Assembly (NCBI GenBank): GCA_023515795.1
Contig: JALGPX010000002.1
Coordinates: 174,449 to 194,448 of the forward strand
From: Amoeboaphelidium occidentale
Lineage: Eukaryota
Reading direction: 5' to 3'
DNA length: 20,000 bases
In this document: in pieces, positions 10,908 through 20,000 of the stretch
Position numbering within the stretch: the first letter of the stretch is position 1
Layout: every line of letters begins with the position of its first letter
The notes under the pieces: model-generated
The model's input: only the letters and a program-made list of their open reading frames with translations
Databases searched by the model: none
Told to the model about the DNA's origin: nothing
Made by a program: the position numbers and the translations under genes

Positions 10908-13060
10908 ATGCCTAAAAGGAAGAAAAAGAAAGAGCCGGAAATGGCTTTTAGTACCGTAATCCCTTCTCTAGAAAGTGCCACGGTTGTTTCAATTGATGCT
11001 GCTGATGTTGCTCGTGTGAATGATGAAAGTCCCGAGGAGACCTCTACAAAACGTTGCAAGTCATGCGGTGGGACGGACCATCAAAGAGTTTCGTCATAGA
11101 AAAGCGCCAATTACAAACCTCCAGTTAACATGAGAAGCGTAGATGCGTCCTATGAGTATGCGACGTCTACAATCAAGTTTGGCCTGTTAAAGAATGTCAA
11201 GTCTCAAGATTTTCAAATGAAACTGAAACGTTATGTTGAAAGGATGAACTTAATTAGGATTCATGCATCAAACCTATTTAACTTGTACTTGATAGATATG
11301 TTGGCTGCTGGAAAAAGTATTGGGCTTGTTACAACAGGAAAAGATGGAACCCTGTGCAATTTTTTTGTTGCGGCTACTTGACGCACAAAAGACGTGCATT
11401 CAAATAGTCTGGAGGGTGACTTGGAAAGAATAGTTAGCGATTATGCTTCAATGCTGAAACAGGTTGGTTTTGAATTGCCCAATGGAGACGGGTTGTCACA
11501 ATCAATGGTGCATCTGGCTGGAGAATATGAAACAAGATGCAAAACTTTCGTTTCAACTACTTTGCTCGGCAGAATAGCACGCTGGTTGAAGTTTTTGTTA
11601 GAAACGGCATTGCCAGAGGTGTTCGTGAGCATGGCGCGCAGTAAAAGCGCTGCTGGTTATTTGATAGCTATGTTCATATATGAAATGTCTGATGATCCTA
11701 AAAAAACAAGAACCAACGTTGGCCAAGAAAGTGGTTGAATATTGCAAGAATTACAGTTCGATTGGGTTAATGGGTACAGCATTGGAGCAAGTGTATTGCG
11801 TTTTGAAGCAAAAAAACAGCGGTCATAAGGCTGAGTCTAGAAAAGTTAAAGATCAAGACGAATTGGCACCATTACTTGACGCTACTCTACAAAATTTTGG
11901 ACTTCTTTAGAAACCATCAAAATGAAGATGCTGCTTTCCGCGTTGAAACTCAGCAAAGAGGTAGGCGGCTTAGAACATTTACATTGGCGCCCATCTATCA
12001 AAACCGTAACGGATACGTCAACATTGACACTTCTTGCCTATTTGAAGTGTAACAATTCGAAAAAGAAGACCGACGCGACTGGGGTTTTCCTTTTGATAAG
12101 GACTTGATAGAAAAAGGAAAAACAACACGACAGTACTTTATGGAAACAGCAGAAGCTCGCTGGGGAGAAACAGTTGAGATGAAGCCTTGGTTACCCAAAT
12201 GAATGACATTTGGGTATTCGATGGTAACTGATGGCGTTTCGGTTGAATTTCATGTCATGAAAAAAATCCATGATGGGGACAAAGGTCCCGATGATTTTGG
12301 TTTGAATATGGTGGACGACAAGAAATTTTATGTTCCGGTTGATTTAAAAGATACTGTTGTCATTGGCTTAGACCCTGGGAGGAAAGATTTGTTTGATGCG
12401 TATGATGAAAATGGGTCTTTTGGTTGTTCTGGGGGAGAATGGAGACGATTGTCTGGTATTGAATTCTCTGCGAAGAACGAAAGTTTAGGTTGAGTAAACG
12501 GACTGATATCGGTAAAATCAATGCCGATATGCCTTCTGCAAAGGTAGCCACAGTCCTTGAGTTCAAACAATATTTGAGTTACTTTGCAAAAAATTTGAAT
12601 ACTTCAGTGTCTTTTTACGGATCTCACCAGTGGCGTCTTTCTAAGAAGAACGTGTGACATTCATAAACAATGGGCTTATGATCATTTGATCAAGCGTATC
12701 AAAAGAAGGGGAAAGAAAGTCTTTGTTGCTTTTGGTGGTGGCAAGTTTTCTAGTTGTTCACGTGGTCACGCTCCAATTCCGAAGGTTGGCTTTTACAAAG
12801 CGTTGAAACAAAGAAAGATTCCGTGTAGATACGTTTGGGAATACAATACCAGCAAGATTTGCGCTAAATGTTTCACTGTTCTACCAAAAGGAAGGAAATG
12901 GCGTCTGAAGATTTGCTCGAAGATTACTTGTGGCAGATACTGGAACAGAGACGTGAACGCTGCAAAAGACATGAAGTTCGTATTTACTTTCATGAACAAG
13001 AACAACGGAGAAAGACCAGAACAATTCAAACCAAAACCTACAGAAGCAGGAACAAAATAA
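10908..13060 (+). pseudogene. Fanzor1 (eukaryotic TnpB-family RNA-guided RuvC nuclease), inactivated
   Basis: Stitched frames give PKRKKKK (NLS-like), CKSCGGTDH (Zn knuckle), STIKFGL, WHHYLTLLYKIL, FTLAP...YVNIDT, TDGVSV, RuvC-I IGLDPGRKDL (D 12371), AFGGGKF, RuvC-II WEYNTSKICAKC (E 12839), RuvC-III WNRDVNAA (D 12950). In-frame stops at 11097, 11379, 12050, 12200; frameshifts near 11700, 11760-11860, 12478, 12650. Confidence 0.92.
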
Positions 13061-13264
13061 CAACAACAAAACCGAGGTAACAGAGGGACGCAAGTCCGCT
13101 CAAGACCACAATAGGGACCATGTTACGAACGTTACCTCTGATGTTGATGTAGTTACGGTTGCGTGACTACATTGACTGTTCGTATGTTGAGTCAATTAAA
13201 AGTGAAACGGGAGTCAGATTTACGAGTCTCTTTTGCGTTCTTTCTGATTGAAATCAACAATAAT
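13061..13264 (+). ncRNA. Candidate Fanzor omegaRNA scaffold / element right end
   Basis: Lies directly 3' of the Fanzor stop. Hand-derived stems: 13074-13081/13131-13138; 13147-13157/13162-13172; TTGACT/AGTCAA; 13081-13094/13232-13246; terminal TGAT-TGAA-ATCA. Confidence 0.65.
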
Positions 13265-13295
13265 AGAACCGCAGGACGTTTCTTTGCAACGAAAT

Positions 13296-13407
13296 ATGAC
13301 AGAATTTCCCAAACTTCAAAATGACACCATTTTAAGAGTAATTAAAGGCCAAAAGGTTGAGCAGACCCCGGCATGGATTATGCGCCAGGCTGGTCGTTAT
13401 TTACCGG
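13296..13407 (+). CDS. HEM12: Uroporphyrinogen decarboxylase, first exon only (cut off at N 13433)
   Basis: [37 protein letters not shown] carries the URO-D signature [11 protein letters not shown], followed by a GTAATT donor at 13408. Confidence 0.9.
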
Positions 13408-13433
13408 GTAATTTGAAATTGAAGTCAGGAGCN

Positions 13434-13570
13434 AACGTTACCTCTGATGTTGATGTAGTTACGGTTGCGTGACTACGTTGACTGTTCGTATGTTGAGTCA
13501 ATTAAAAGTGAAACGGGAGTCAGATTTACGAGTCTCTTTTGCGTTCTTTTTGATTGAAATCAACAATAAT
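13434..13570 (+). repeat. Second copy of the Fanzor right end / omegaRNA 3' part (copy 1 at 13128-13264)
   Basis: 137 bp with 2 substitutions (A13171/G13477, C13244/T13550). Starts right after the N and has a different 3' flank. Confidence 0.95.
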
Positions 13571-13577
13571 TCTTCCA

Positions 13578-14741
13578 ATGGCTTCAGCAAAGCGCAAATC
13601 GAAATGGGACGCATTCGATGACGACGCGGAAGAGGAAACGCAGAGCTCCAAACTGACAAGAAAGCCAAAGAAGAGCAAGGAACTTAAGTCCGCGGAGAAG
13701 GCATTAAGCATAGGAAGCGTGTTACAAGCACAACAGTTTCCGGTAGAAAACATAACAAAGACCTCTGATTATTCTCATGTTCAAGAGGTATCAACGGAGT
13801 TCGATTACCTTTCGCAACCTACCAAAGGATTATTTATAAGATCATGTTCTGATGTTACGGAAGAATACGATATCGTTTGCTTAATTCAGGAAGGAACCTT
13901 TGGTGCTGTTTACAAGGCAAAACATCGAGAAACTGGTCAAATAATGGCTTTAAAGAAGATCAAGGATGATGCTAATGAACAGAATGGGTTCCCATTGACA
14001 GCTTTACGTGAAATTACTGCATTGCAACGATTGCAGCACCAAAATGTTGTAACCCTGAGTGAAATCTTGTCTGAAACTGAACAGGATTTGGGAACTATTC
14101 GTTTCTATTTGGCTATGGAATATTTTCCTTATGAGTTGAGGCAATGGGTTCGAGAAAAGATGCCAAAGCTCGATGAAACAGCCTCCAAGTTGCTATTTCG
14201 GCAAGTTCTTCAAGGTCTAGAATTCTTACATTCAAACTATTACATTCACAGAGACATCAAACCTACTAATATTCTTGTTACGGAAGAAGGCACGGTTAAA
14301 TTGGCAGATTTTGGATATGTCAAAAACTACGAAGTTCCAATTAAAGACATGACACCATCTGTAACAACACTTTGGTATCGTGCTCCTGAAATACTATTTG
14401 GTAAAACAGATTATACAGAGAAGATTGATATATTTTCTGCTGGCTGTGTGTATGCTGACATACTTCGTGGTGGCATGCCGCTGTTTGAAGGACAGTCTGA
14501 GATTGACCAAATTAGACAAATATTCACTGTACTTGGAACTCCTTCGGAAAGAGTACTCGCTAAGTATCCTAATGGAACCGATTTTAATTTTACAAAGTAT
14601 TCGTGCACTTTGAAGGATCGGTTACAGGTAGATGTGTCTGATGAATGTCTAGAGTTTCTCATGCTACTTTTGGAGCCAGATTACGACACAAGGCTTTCAG
14701 CGAAGGAAGCCCTGATGCGCCCTTACTTGCAGCTTAAATAA
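13578..14741 (+). CDS. Cyclin-dependent kinase, CDK10/CDK11 (PITSLRE)-like
   Basis: EGTFGAVYKA, ALKK, GFPLTALREI, HRDIKPTN, DFG, TLWYRAPEILFG; first ATG at 13578. Confidence 0.88.
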   Translation: MASAKRKSKWDAFDDDAEEETQSSKLTRKPKKSKELKSAEKALSIGSVLQAQQFPVENITKTSDYSHVQEVSTEFDYLSQPTKGLFIRSCSDVTEEYDIVCLIQEGTFGAVYKAKHRETGQIMALKKIKDDANEQNGFPLTALREITALQRLQHQNVVTLSEILSETEQDLGTIRFYLAMEYFPYELRQWVREKMPKLDETASKLLFRQVLQGLEFLHSNYYIHRDIKPTNILVTEEGTVKLADFGYVKNYEVPIKDMTPSVTTLWYRAPEILFGKTDYTEKIDIFSAGCVYADILRGGMPLFEGQSEIDQIRQIFTVLGTPSERVLAKYPNGTDFNFTKYSCTLKDRLQVDVSDECLEFLMLLLEPDYDTRLSAKEALMRPYLQLK

Positions 14742-14813
14742 TAAAACATTTATCCAAAAGAGAGCTCCTGAAACGTTTCTACTAGTTCTTTTTTGCGTGC
14801 TGCGGCAACTGTG

Positions 14814-17800
14814 ATGAAGTTTGGAAAGTTCATCTCGTCGAACGCCATCCCAGAATGGTCTACACAGTATATGAACTACAAGGCCCTGAAGAAAATAATT
14901 GGAGTAGCGGAGAATAAGCCAGAGAAGCATCAATTAACTGTGGCAGCGCAGTCAGTTTCGATGAGCCCGGATTCTAATGCTGCATTGACTGTCGATGGGT
15001 CGCCGATACCGCACAGCTTTGAGGGCGCAAAGACGCATTTCTTCTTCAGAATGGAAAGAGAGTTGGAGAAGGTCAATGCATTTTACTTGCGCAAGGAAGC
15101 AGAGCTGAGATCGAGGTTGAAGAGCTTAGTTGAGAAGAAGTCGTTGTTACTCAGCAGGAAAGGGAAAAGCTACGGAAGTGTATCATTGATTTCCTTGCGC
15201 GATGCTTTGAATGACTTTCAGCACGACTTGTCAAAGTTGCTGCGCTTTGTGGAGTTAAATGAGACTGGATTCAGAAAGATCTTGAAGAAGTGGGACAAGC
15301 GCTCAAAGATGCACACGAAGGAATTGTATTTATCGAGGCAAATTGAAGTTCAGCCCTGTTTCAATCGCGATATTCTTAATGAAATTGGTGACTTGGCCTC
15401 TGTTGCATTGCATGAGCTTGCTGCCCTAGACTCAAACGGAGGAAATGTTCCTTTGTTGAGAGAAGTCCATGAGAGCGAAGATGCGAATTACAACGCAGCG
15501 TCTGTTGAAAATGAACAAGAGAACGCTTTACTTAGAGCCTTGGCAATTGGAGGGTCTGTTTCGCTGTTAAAGGATCTGATCCCGAAAGTTGACATTGAGA
15601 CTGTAAACAGAGTGTTCTGGAAACTTTGCTCCAGAAATGATACCTCTGAAGATTCTGTTGATATTCTTCAGGAGCATTTTAAAATCGAGTTTAATTATTC
15701 TGATGATGTTTCTGATAAGACCTGTGTTCATAATGCTGCTTCAAGTGGAAACCTTGTCTTATTGAAGAAATGTGCTATTGGTGGTGGAAGTATTAAGACT
15801 CAGGATATGTATGGAAGAAGACCTTTGCATTATGCGGCAATGAATGGTCATTATGATTGTTGCAAGTATTTGTTGGATTGTGGTGCTGTTGCAATGGACG
15901 AAGCTTTGTCGCCGTCAAAAATGGCTGACTCTATTGACCATGATGGGTTTAGTCCTTTGCTATATGCGATTATCCAAGGCCACGAGAATGTTGTTGCTTT
16001 GTTATTGGAATCTGGTGCTGTTCTTTCATCTGGAGTTTATTCTCGCAATGTTCCTTTGTGTTTGGCTTGCGAATATGGTCACGTTAAGATCACTGAACTT
16101 TTACTCAAGCAAGGTGTTTTGCTAAGTGTAGCAAACGATTCTGGACTGTATCCAATCCATTTGGCTTGTAAAGAAGGACATGTTGAAATTTTGAAGTTGT
16201 TGTCAAGTCAATCTGCATTTGCGGCCGAAATTGACCGTCGTGACAAGTATAATGGATGGACGCCTTTGTTTTACTGTGCTTCTGAAGGATACTTGGAATG
16301 TGCGAAAATTCTTGTTGATAAAGGCTGCACGACTTTTGTTTTAGATGAGACTAACTGGACTCCTTGGAGTTATTCTCTATGGAATGGTCATGTTCAAACT
16401 GCTGCATTTTTGGAATCTAGTATTACTGTTGAACAAAGAAATGAAGTTGGGTCCCCGTCTAAATTAAGAATGGAATCTCTTGATGAAGCGCTGCCTCCGT
16501 TATCTTTGGATGCAGGTGTTGCAAGCGATTCTGAATTACCCTCGTTGAGCTTGCCTCCTCCAATGATACCCGTCTATGGTCACAATTACTTGGATAGAAA
16601 GGCCGCGATTTATGTGTATTTGGGAAATGTTCAGAGTCCTCTAAAGTCTGCTGTGTCGTTTTACAATACAAAGCAGTTGTCGGTCAGTCTAAACATTTCT
16701 TGCCATTCAAAAAATGGAGCTATTTCTGGTATACCATATATTGTCATTCTTCCATCAGAAGAAAACAATGAAGTGTATAAGTTTACTTTTGATGACCCGA
16801 AAGAATGCTCGATTAACTTTGCTATCTTACCTTCTTTTGGATCCAAAGCTATTGGCAAAGCGTTTGTGTTAGTTAAAGACGCTTTAATGCACTTACATGA
16901 TGTTTCATACAATTCGAATACTGTATCGACAAATGGTCGATTTTCCACAACGCTGCCAATTATAGATTTCAGGTCTAAAGTTGTCGGAGAGATTGCAGTT
17001 GAATTATTTGTTGTGATGCCATTCAGTCATCCAATGATGGATATTGGGCAAGTTGGAACATACTGGAAGTCTTCACATGTTGTTCAAAGCTTTTCACCTG
17101 CTCCTCCAATTGGATCTCCTGCCATGAAAACATTGGGCAGACGACTGATTACAAGCCCAAAGAAAACAAATTCAGCTGCTGGAAACAGCGTCAGTCTTGC
17201 TTCATTGGTCGTAGCAACGTCTCTTTGTCCAAAGAATGCCCATTTGGTTGTACAAGTGACAAAGGATATGATTCCGATTGTTTGCCCAGATTTGTTCATT
17301 GCTGAGAATGGTTTGAAATTGTCTGTATCACAGTTGTCATTCCAACAGTTGAAGGAAGCCCAAGTTGGACGAGAATCGATGTCGGAAAAAGTCCATGACA
17401 TTGGAAGTTACGTCAATGAAGTTTATTCTAATATTATGACTCTTCGGGATGCTTTAGATTATTCAATGGATTTAAATGATGGTGTGCAGATAGAGATTAA
17501 GTATCCATTTTACAATAAGAAAGATGTTCCGATTGTCGGTGTTAGCTTGAATGAAGCTGTCGATGCAACTCTATCCGTTGTATTTGATTACTTGAGTCGT
17601 TGCGCTTCCCTGGATAGCGATTCGAAACGAAGTATTCTTTTTTCATCTGGGAATCCGTTAGTATGCATGGCTGTCAACATGAAACAGCCCAACTTTCCTG
17701 TGTTTTATCAATGTTGTTGCGGTTTCAAGATTGATGATGACTTTGTACCTGTAGAGGAGTTGGACAAGAGGAAAAGGAAAACAGGGTTACATTCACTCGG

Positions 17801-17993
17801 AAGTCTAGGTGCCCCATCGTTCAGGCCAGATTCGCTTAAAGAGGCAGTAAGGTTTGCCAAAAGAGAAGGACTTCTAGGTTTGATGGTCAATAACAAACAC
17901 ATCGAAAAGATACCTATACTATCCCGAACTATCAAAGAGTCTGGCTTGGTATTGTCATTTACTGAAGATGGTCATACTTCAAGCATTCTGTGA
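14814..17993 (+). CDS. PHO81: SPX + ankyrin repeats + degenerate GDPD protein (phosphate-pathway CDK inhibitor Pho81/NUC-2)
   Basis: SPX motifs MKFGK...YMNYKALKK...FVELNETGFRKILKKWDKRSK; ankyrin repeats (GRRPLHYAA, GWTPLFY); LPPPMIPVYGHNYLD and GTYWKS motifs of Pho81/NUC-2; GDPD-like C-terminus. An extra 3' exon cannot be excluded. Confidence 0.88.
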   Translation: MKFGKFISSNAIPEWSTQYMNYKALKKIIGVAENKPEKHQLTVAAQSVSMSPDSNAALTVDGSPIPHSFEGAKTHFFFRMERELEKVNAFYLRKEAELRSRLKSLVEKKSLLLSRKGKSYGSVSLISLRDALNDFQHDLSKLLRFVELNETGFRKILKKWDKRSKMHTKELYLSRQIEVQPCFNRDILNEIGDLASVALHELAALDSNGGNVPLLREVHESEDANYNAASVENEQENALLRALAIGGSVSLLKDLIPKVDIETVNRVFWKLCSRNDTSEDSVDILQEHFKIEFNYSDDVSDKTCVHNAASSGNLVLLKKCAIGGGSIKTQDMYGRRPLHYAAMNGHYDCCKYLLDCGAVAMDEALSPSKMADSIDHDGFSPLLYAIIQGHENVVALLLESGAVLSSGVYSRNVPLCLACEYGHVKITELLLKQGVLLSVANDSGLYPIHLACKEGHVEILKLLSSQSAFAAEIDRRDKYNGWTPLFYCASEGYLECAKILVDKGCTTFVLDETNWTPWSYSLWNGHVQTAAFLESSITVEQRNEVGSPSKLRMESLDEALPPLSLDAGVASDSELPSLSLPPPMIPVYGHNYLDRKAAIYVYLGNVQSPLKSAVSFYNTKQLSVSLNISCHSKNGAISGIPYIVILPSEENNEVYKFTFDDPKECSINFAILPSFGSKAIGKAFVLVKDALMHLHDVSYNSNTVSTNGRFSTTLPIIDFRSKVVGEIAVELFVVMPFSHPMMDIGQVGTYWKSSHVVQSFSPAPPIGSPAMKTLGRRLITSPKKTNSAAGNSVSLASLVVATSLCPKNAHLVVQVTKDMIPIVCPDLFIAENGLKLSVSQLSFQQLKEAQVGRESMSEKVHDIGSYVNEVYSNIMTLRDALDYSMDLNDGVQIEIKYPFYNKKDVPIVGVSLNEAVDATLSVVFDYLSRCASLDSDSKRSILFSSGNPLVCMAVNMKQPNFPVFYQCCCGFKIDDDFVPVEELDKRKRKTGLHSLGSLGAPSFRPDSLKEAVRFAKREGLLGLMVNNKHIEKIPILSRTIKESGLVLSFTEDGHTSSIL

Positions 17994-18109
17994 GCTTTAA
18001 CTTTATAAAACGAAATAGACTTTATCGCGCAGAGCTCCAGCTCAAGCGTCTACATGCTGCGAGCTGGAGTGCGAATGCGCTTTCTTAAAGGGGGTATATC
18101 TATCTCAAT

Positions 18110-18215
18110 CAAAATCCTGCAATATCATTGGCCAATTCGTCAAAATCCAGCGATATCATTGGCTGATTTGATCGTTCAAGGTGACATGTGTGTACAAACA
18201 CTCAAATATCATTGG
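18110..18215 (+). repeat. Two imperfect 31-bp tandem repeats plus a third ATATCATTGG core
   Basis: CAAAATCCTGCAATATCATTGGCCAATTCGT (18110-18140), CAAAATCCAGCGATATCATTGGCTGATTTGA (18141-18171), AATATCATTGG (18205-18215). Confidence 0.8.
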
Positions 18216-18575
18216 ATCTTGAAATCTAATTGTTTTTGAAGCAACTTGTTTAAACTCTAAAACGTCGTTGCATACATCTCTATTAGATCATTTGGTTGAC
18301 TCTTCAGTTCTGTTTCGAAGTATTCGCTCTCCTTTGAACCCATTTGCTGCAAAGATCGCAAATCGCGGAGAATTTTAAGAGAATAGAATATCATTCTGCG
18401 AAGTAACCAGAAGCTTAATCGTAGAATACAAATAGTTTTGCTCCCCGTGAGATATTCTACACTTCATTCCCAAGCTTTCGGTTGCGCTGTCGCCGATCAG
18501 AGAATGTTTTCGCTTTTTTACGAAAATTGTCATTTAACTCACTCGTCTACTACTACTACAAAATATAATAATTCA

Positions 18576-20000
18576 ATGGGCATTAAAGGGTTTAGTGCTT
18601 TTGCCAAGAAACATCAGCTGTTATCTGAGACCATCAATCTCCAAGAGTTCAATGAATTATATAAGAATCACAGGATCTTTGTGGATCTCTATGGCAGTTT
18701 CTATGATCTTATTCGTTATTATGTATTGGATGACAAGTATGAGGCTCTAGTCACTATTTTCAGCAAAATGTCTAGTGATCTAGACGTAACGTTCGTTATC
18801 GATGGCAGCCGGTCCGCTGAGAAGCATAAAACCCATGCTGCAAGAGATCAGCAACGCTTTCTTAAACTGCACTCATTTCAGGACATTATTCATTCTTTTG
18901 ATCCACAGAATAATGTTTCCAAGTCAAAGTGGCGCTCAATGGAAAAGTTCAGATATTCTTGCTTTAGAATTACAGAGCATCACACGAAACAACTATTTCG
19001 CGCACTTGAATCGGCTAATTTGCCAGTAATTCTCGCAAAGTTTGAAGCGGATGTTGAGATCGGGCGTCTAGTTGCGAAATTAAAATCGAATGAGTTATCA
19101 AATACAATAGTTGTTTCTTCGGATTCCGATCTGGTATTTTATGGATGCTCTGTTGTTGCAAAGCCTTTTTTCATGAACAAGTTTGATTGGAAATCTTTGC
19201 GTTTTACTCTCTTTCGAAAAACAATTGCACTTAAAAAGATTGGAATAACCGAAGAGTGTTGGAACGCTTTGGCAGTTGTTGCGGGGAACGATTACGTTTC
19301 CAATTTGAGGGGATTCGGCATTGCGAGATGTTTGAAGGAATTTCAAAAAATTAATGAAAATGGCGCTTGCACTGCTGAAGAAATGGTGGAAACATTTGAG
19401 CAATCGCACGATAAAAAAAGGTCATTTTCAGATTGCCAGTGCAGTGTTTTTGAATTATCAAGAGACAAGTTGTGCGGTCTGTGTTGAAAGTCTTCAAGAG
19501 CAAATGTTTAAAGATTGCTGTAGTCAACTTCAGCTTTTAAAAGAAAAGTACAGAGCTGCCCGCGCCGCAAAGCGTCAAACCACTCAAGGAAGGTCTTTGC
19601 AAGAGCTGAAACATTTAAAATTTCCTTCTCGAAAGAATGCGTTTAGCCCCGTGGTTCATACTCAACTCGGGCGTTATAAAGTGAAAAAGATCGCAAAAAT
19701 TAAATTAACACAATCTGATGTGACTTCGGCTGAAACAATTGCTGGCCCTGTTTCTGTACAATCTTCAACAAGAAAGAAATCTACCAGGAGACAAGGGACG
19801 AAAAAGAAGAAGAAAGCTAGATACTTGAAGTCAGCAAAGCAAACTAGGACCAAGCCTTCTTTAAACCCACATGGTAAACACAAATTGGCTCAAACTACTG
19901 TAGACATGTGCACTCTTAAAAAACAATATCAGATTAAATCATGGCAGCTGGGAACTTTGCGAAGCCAAATCAAGAAGTCTTCCTTGGATACTGAAATTCA
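18576..20000 (+). CDS. PIN (XPG/FEN1-like) nuclease domain protein with long basic extension; frameshift at A7 19413-19419; 3'-truncated by window; candidate PIN-Fanzor fusion
   Basis: MGIKGF, IFVDLYGSFY, FVIDG...EKHKTH..R, FEADVEIG, VSSDSDL, GNDYVSNLRGFG (H3TH). Removing one A gives a frame open to 20000 (KGHFQIASAVFLNYQET...TKKKKKAR...IKSWQLGTLRSQIKKS). Confidence 0.75.

Larger units (their letters stand above)
10779..13264 (+). mobile_element. Fanzor-carrying element without a recognisable transposase (left end tentative)
   Basis: The right end is set by the breakpoint of the 137-bp repeat at 13264/13570. The left end is guessed from TTGAATCAACAA (10779-10790), which resembles the right-end TTGAAATCAACAA. 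Confidence 0.55.

Noticed and set aside
10908..13060. Alternative genetic code explaining the in-frame stops
   Set aside because: All three stop types and several frameshifts occur in the Fanzor, while RPS3 and the CDK end normally at TAA and the long genes contain no internal stops.
13128..13570. CRISPR array (the repeat contains ATTGAAAT, like a CRISPR 3' handle)
   Set aside because: Only two 137-bp copies separated by an N, in a eukaryotic context with no cas genes; explained as a Fanzor element end.
13578..17993. Functional Pho85-Pho81 gene pair
   Set aside because: The kinase has PLTALRE (CDK10/11-like), not the PSTAIRE of Pho85; adjacency is probably incidental.
18054..18239. 61-aa ORF as an independent gene
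   Set aside because: It overlaps the hairpin and nucleotide repeats and has no recognisable motif.

Overview
Compact, intron-poor eukaryotic DNA (standard genetic code, introns of 36-169 nt), probably from an early-diverging fungus or fungal relative; the taxon is an inference. It is a draft scaffold with three N-joins, each flanked by near-duplicated sequence. Host genes: the 3' end of an HSL-type alpha/beta hydrolase, a protein with two tandem alpha/beta-hydrolase domains, a DSBH/2OG-oxygenase-like gene, an ICME-like esterase, RPS3 with an intronic snR48/SNORD60-like C/D snoRNA, a HEM12 exon-1 fragment, a CDK10/11-like kinase and PHO81/NUC-2. Three accessory elements stand out. (1) A Crinkler/CR-type NTPase+REase gene bracketed by a 126-bp direct duplication of the neighbouring gene's 3' end. 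(2) A decayed Fanzor1 (eukaryotic TnpB) followed by a structured candidate omegaRNA/right end, present twice with different flanks, each just upstream of a host start codon. (3) At the right edge, a PIN/XPG-like nuclease continuing, after a one-base shift, into a basic linker and a Fanzor-like N-terminal motif; this is a candidate PIN-Fanzor fusion whose RuvC would lie outside the window.
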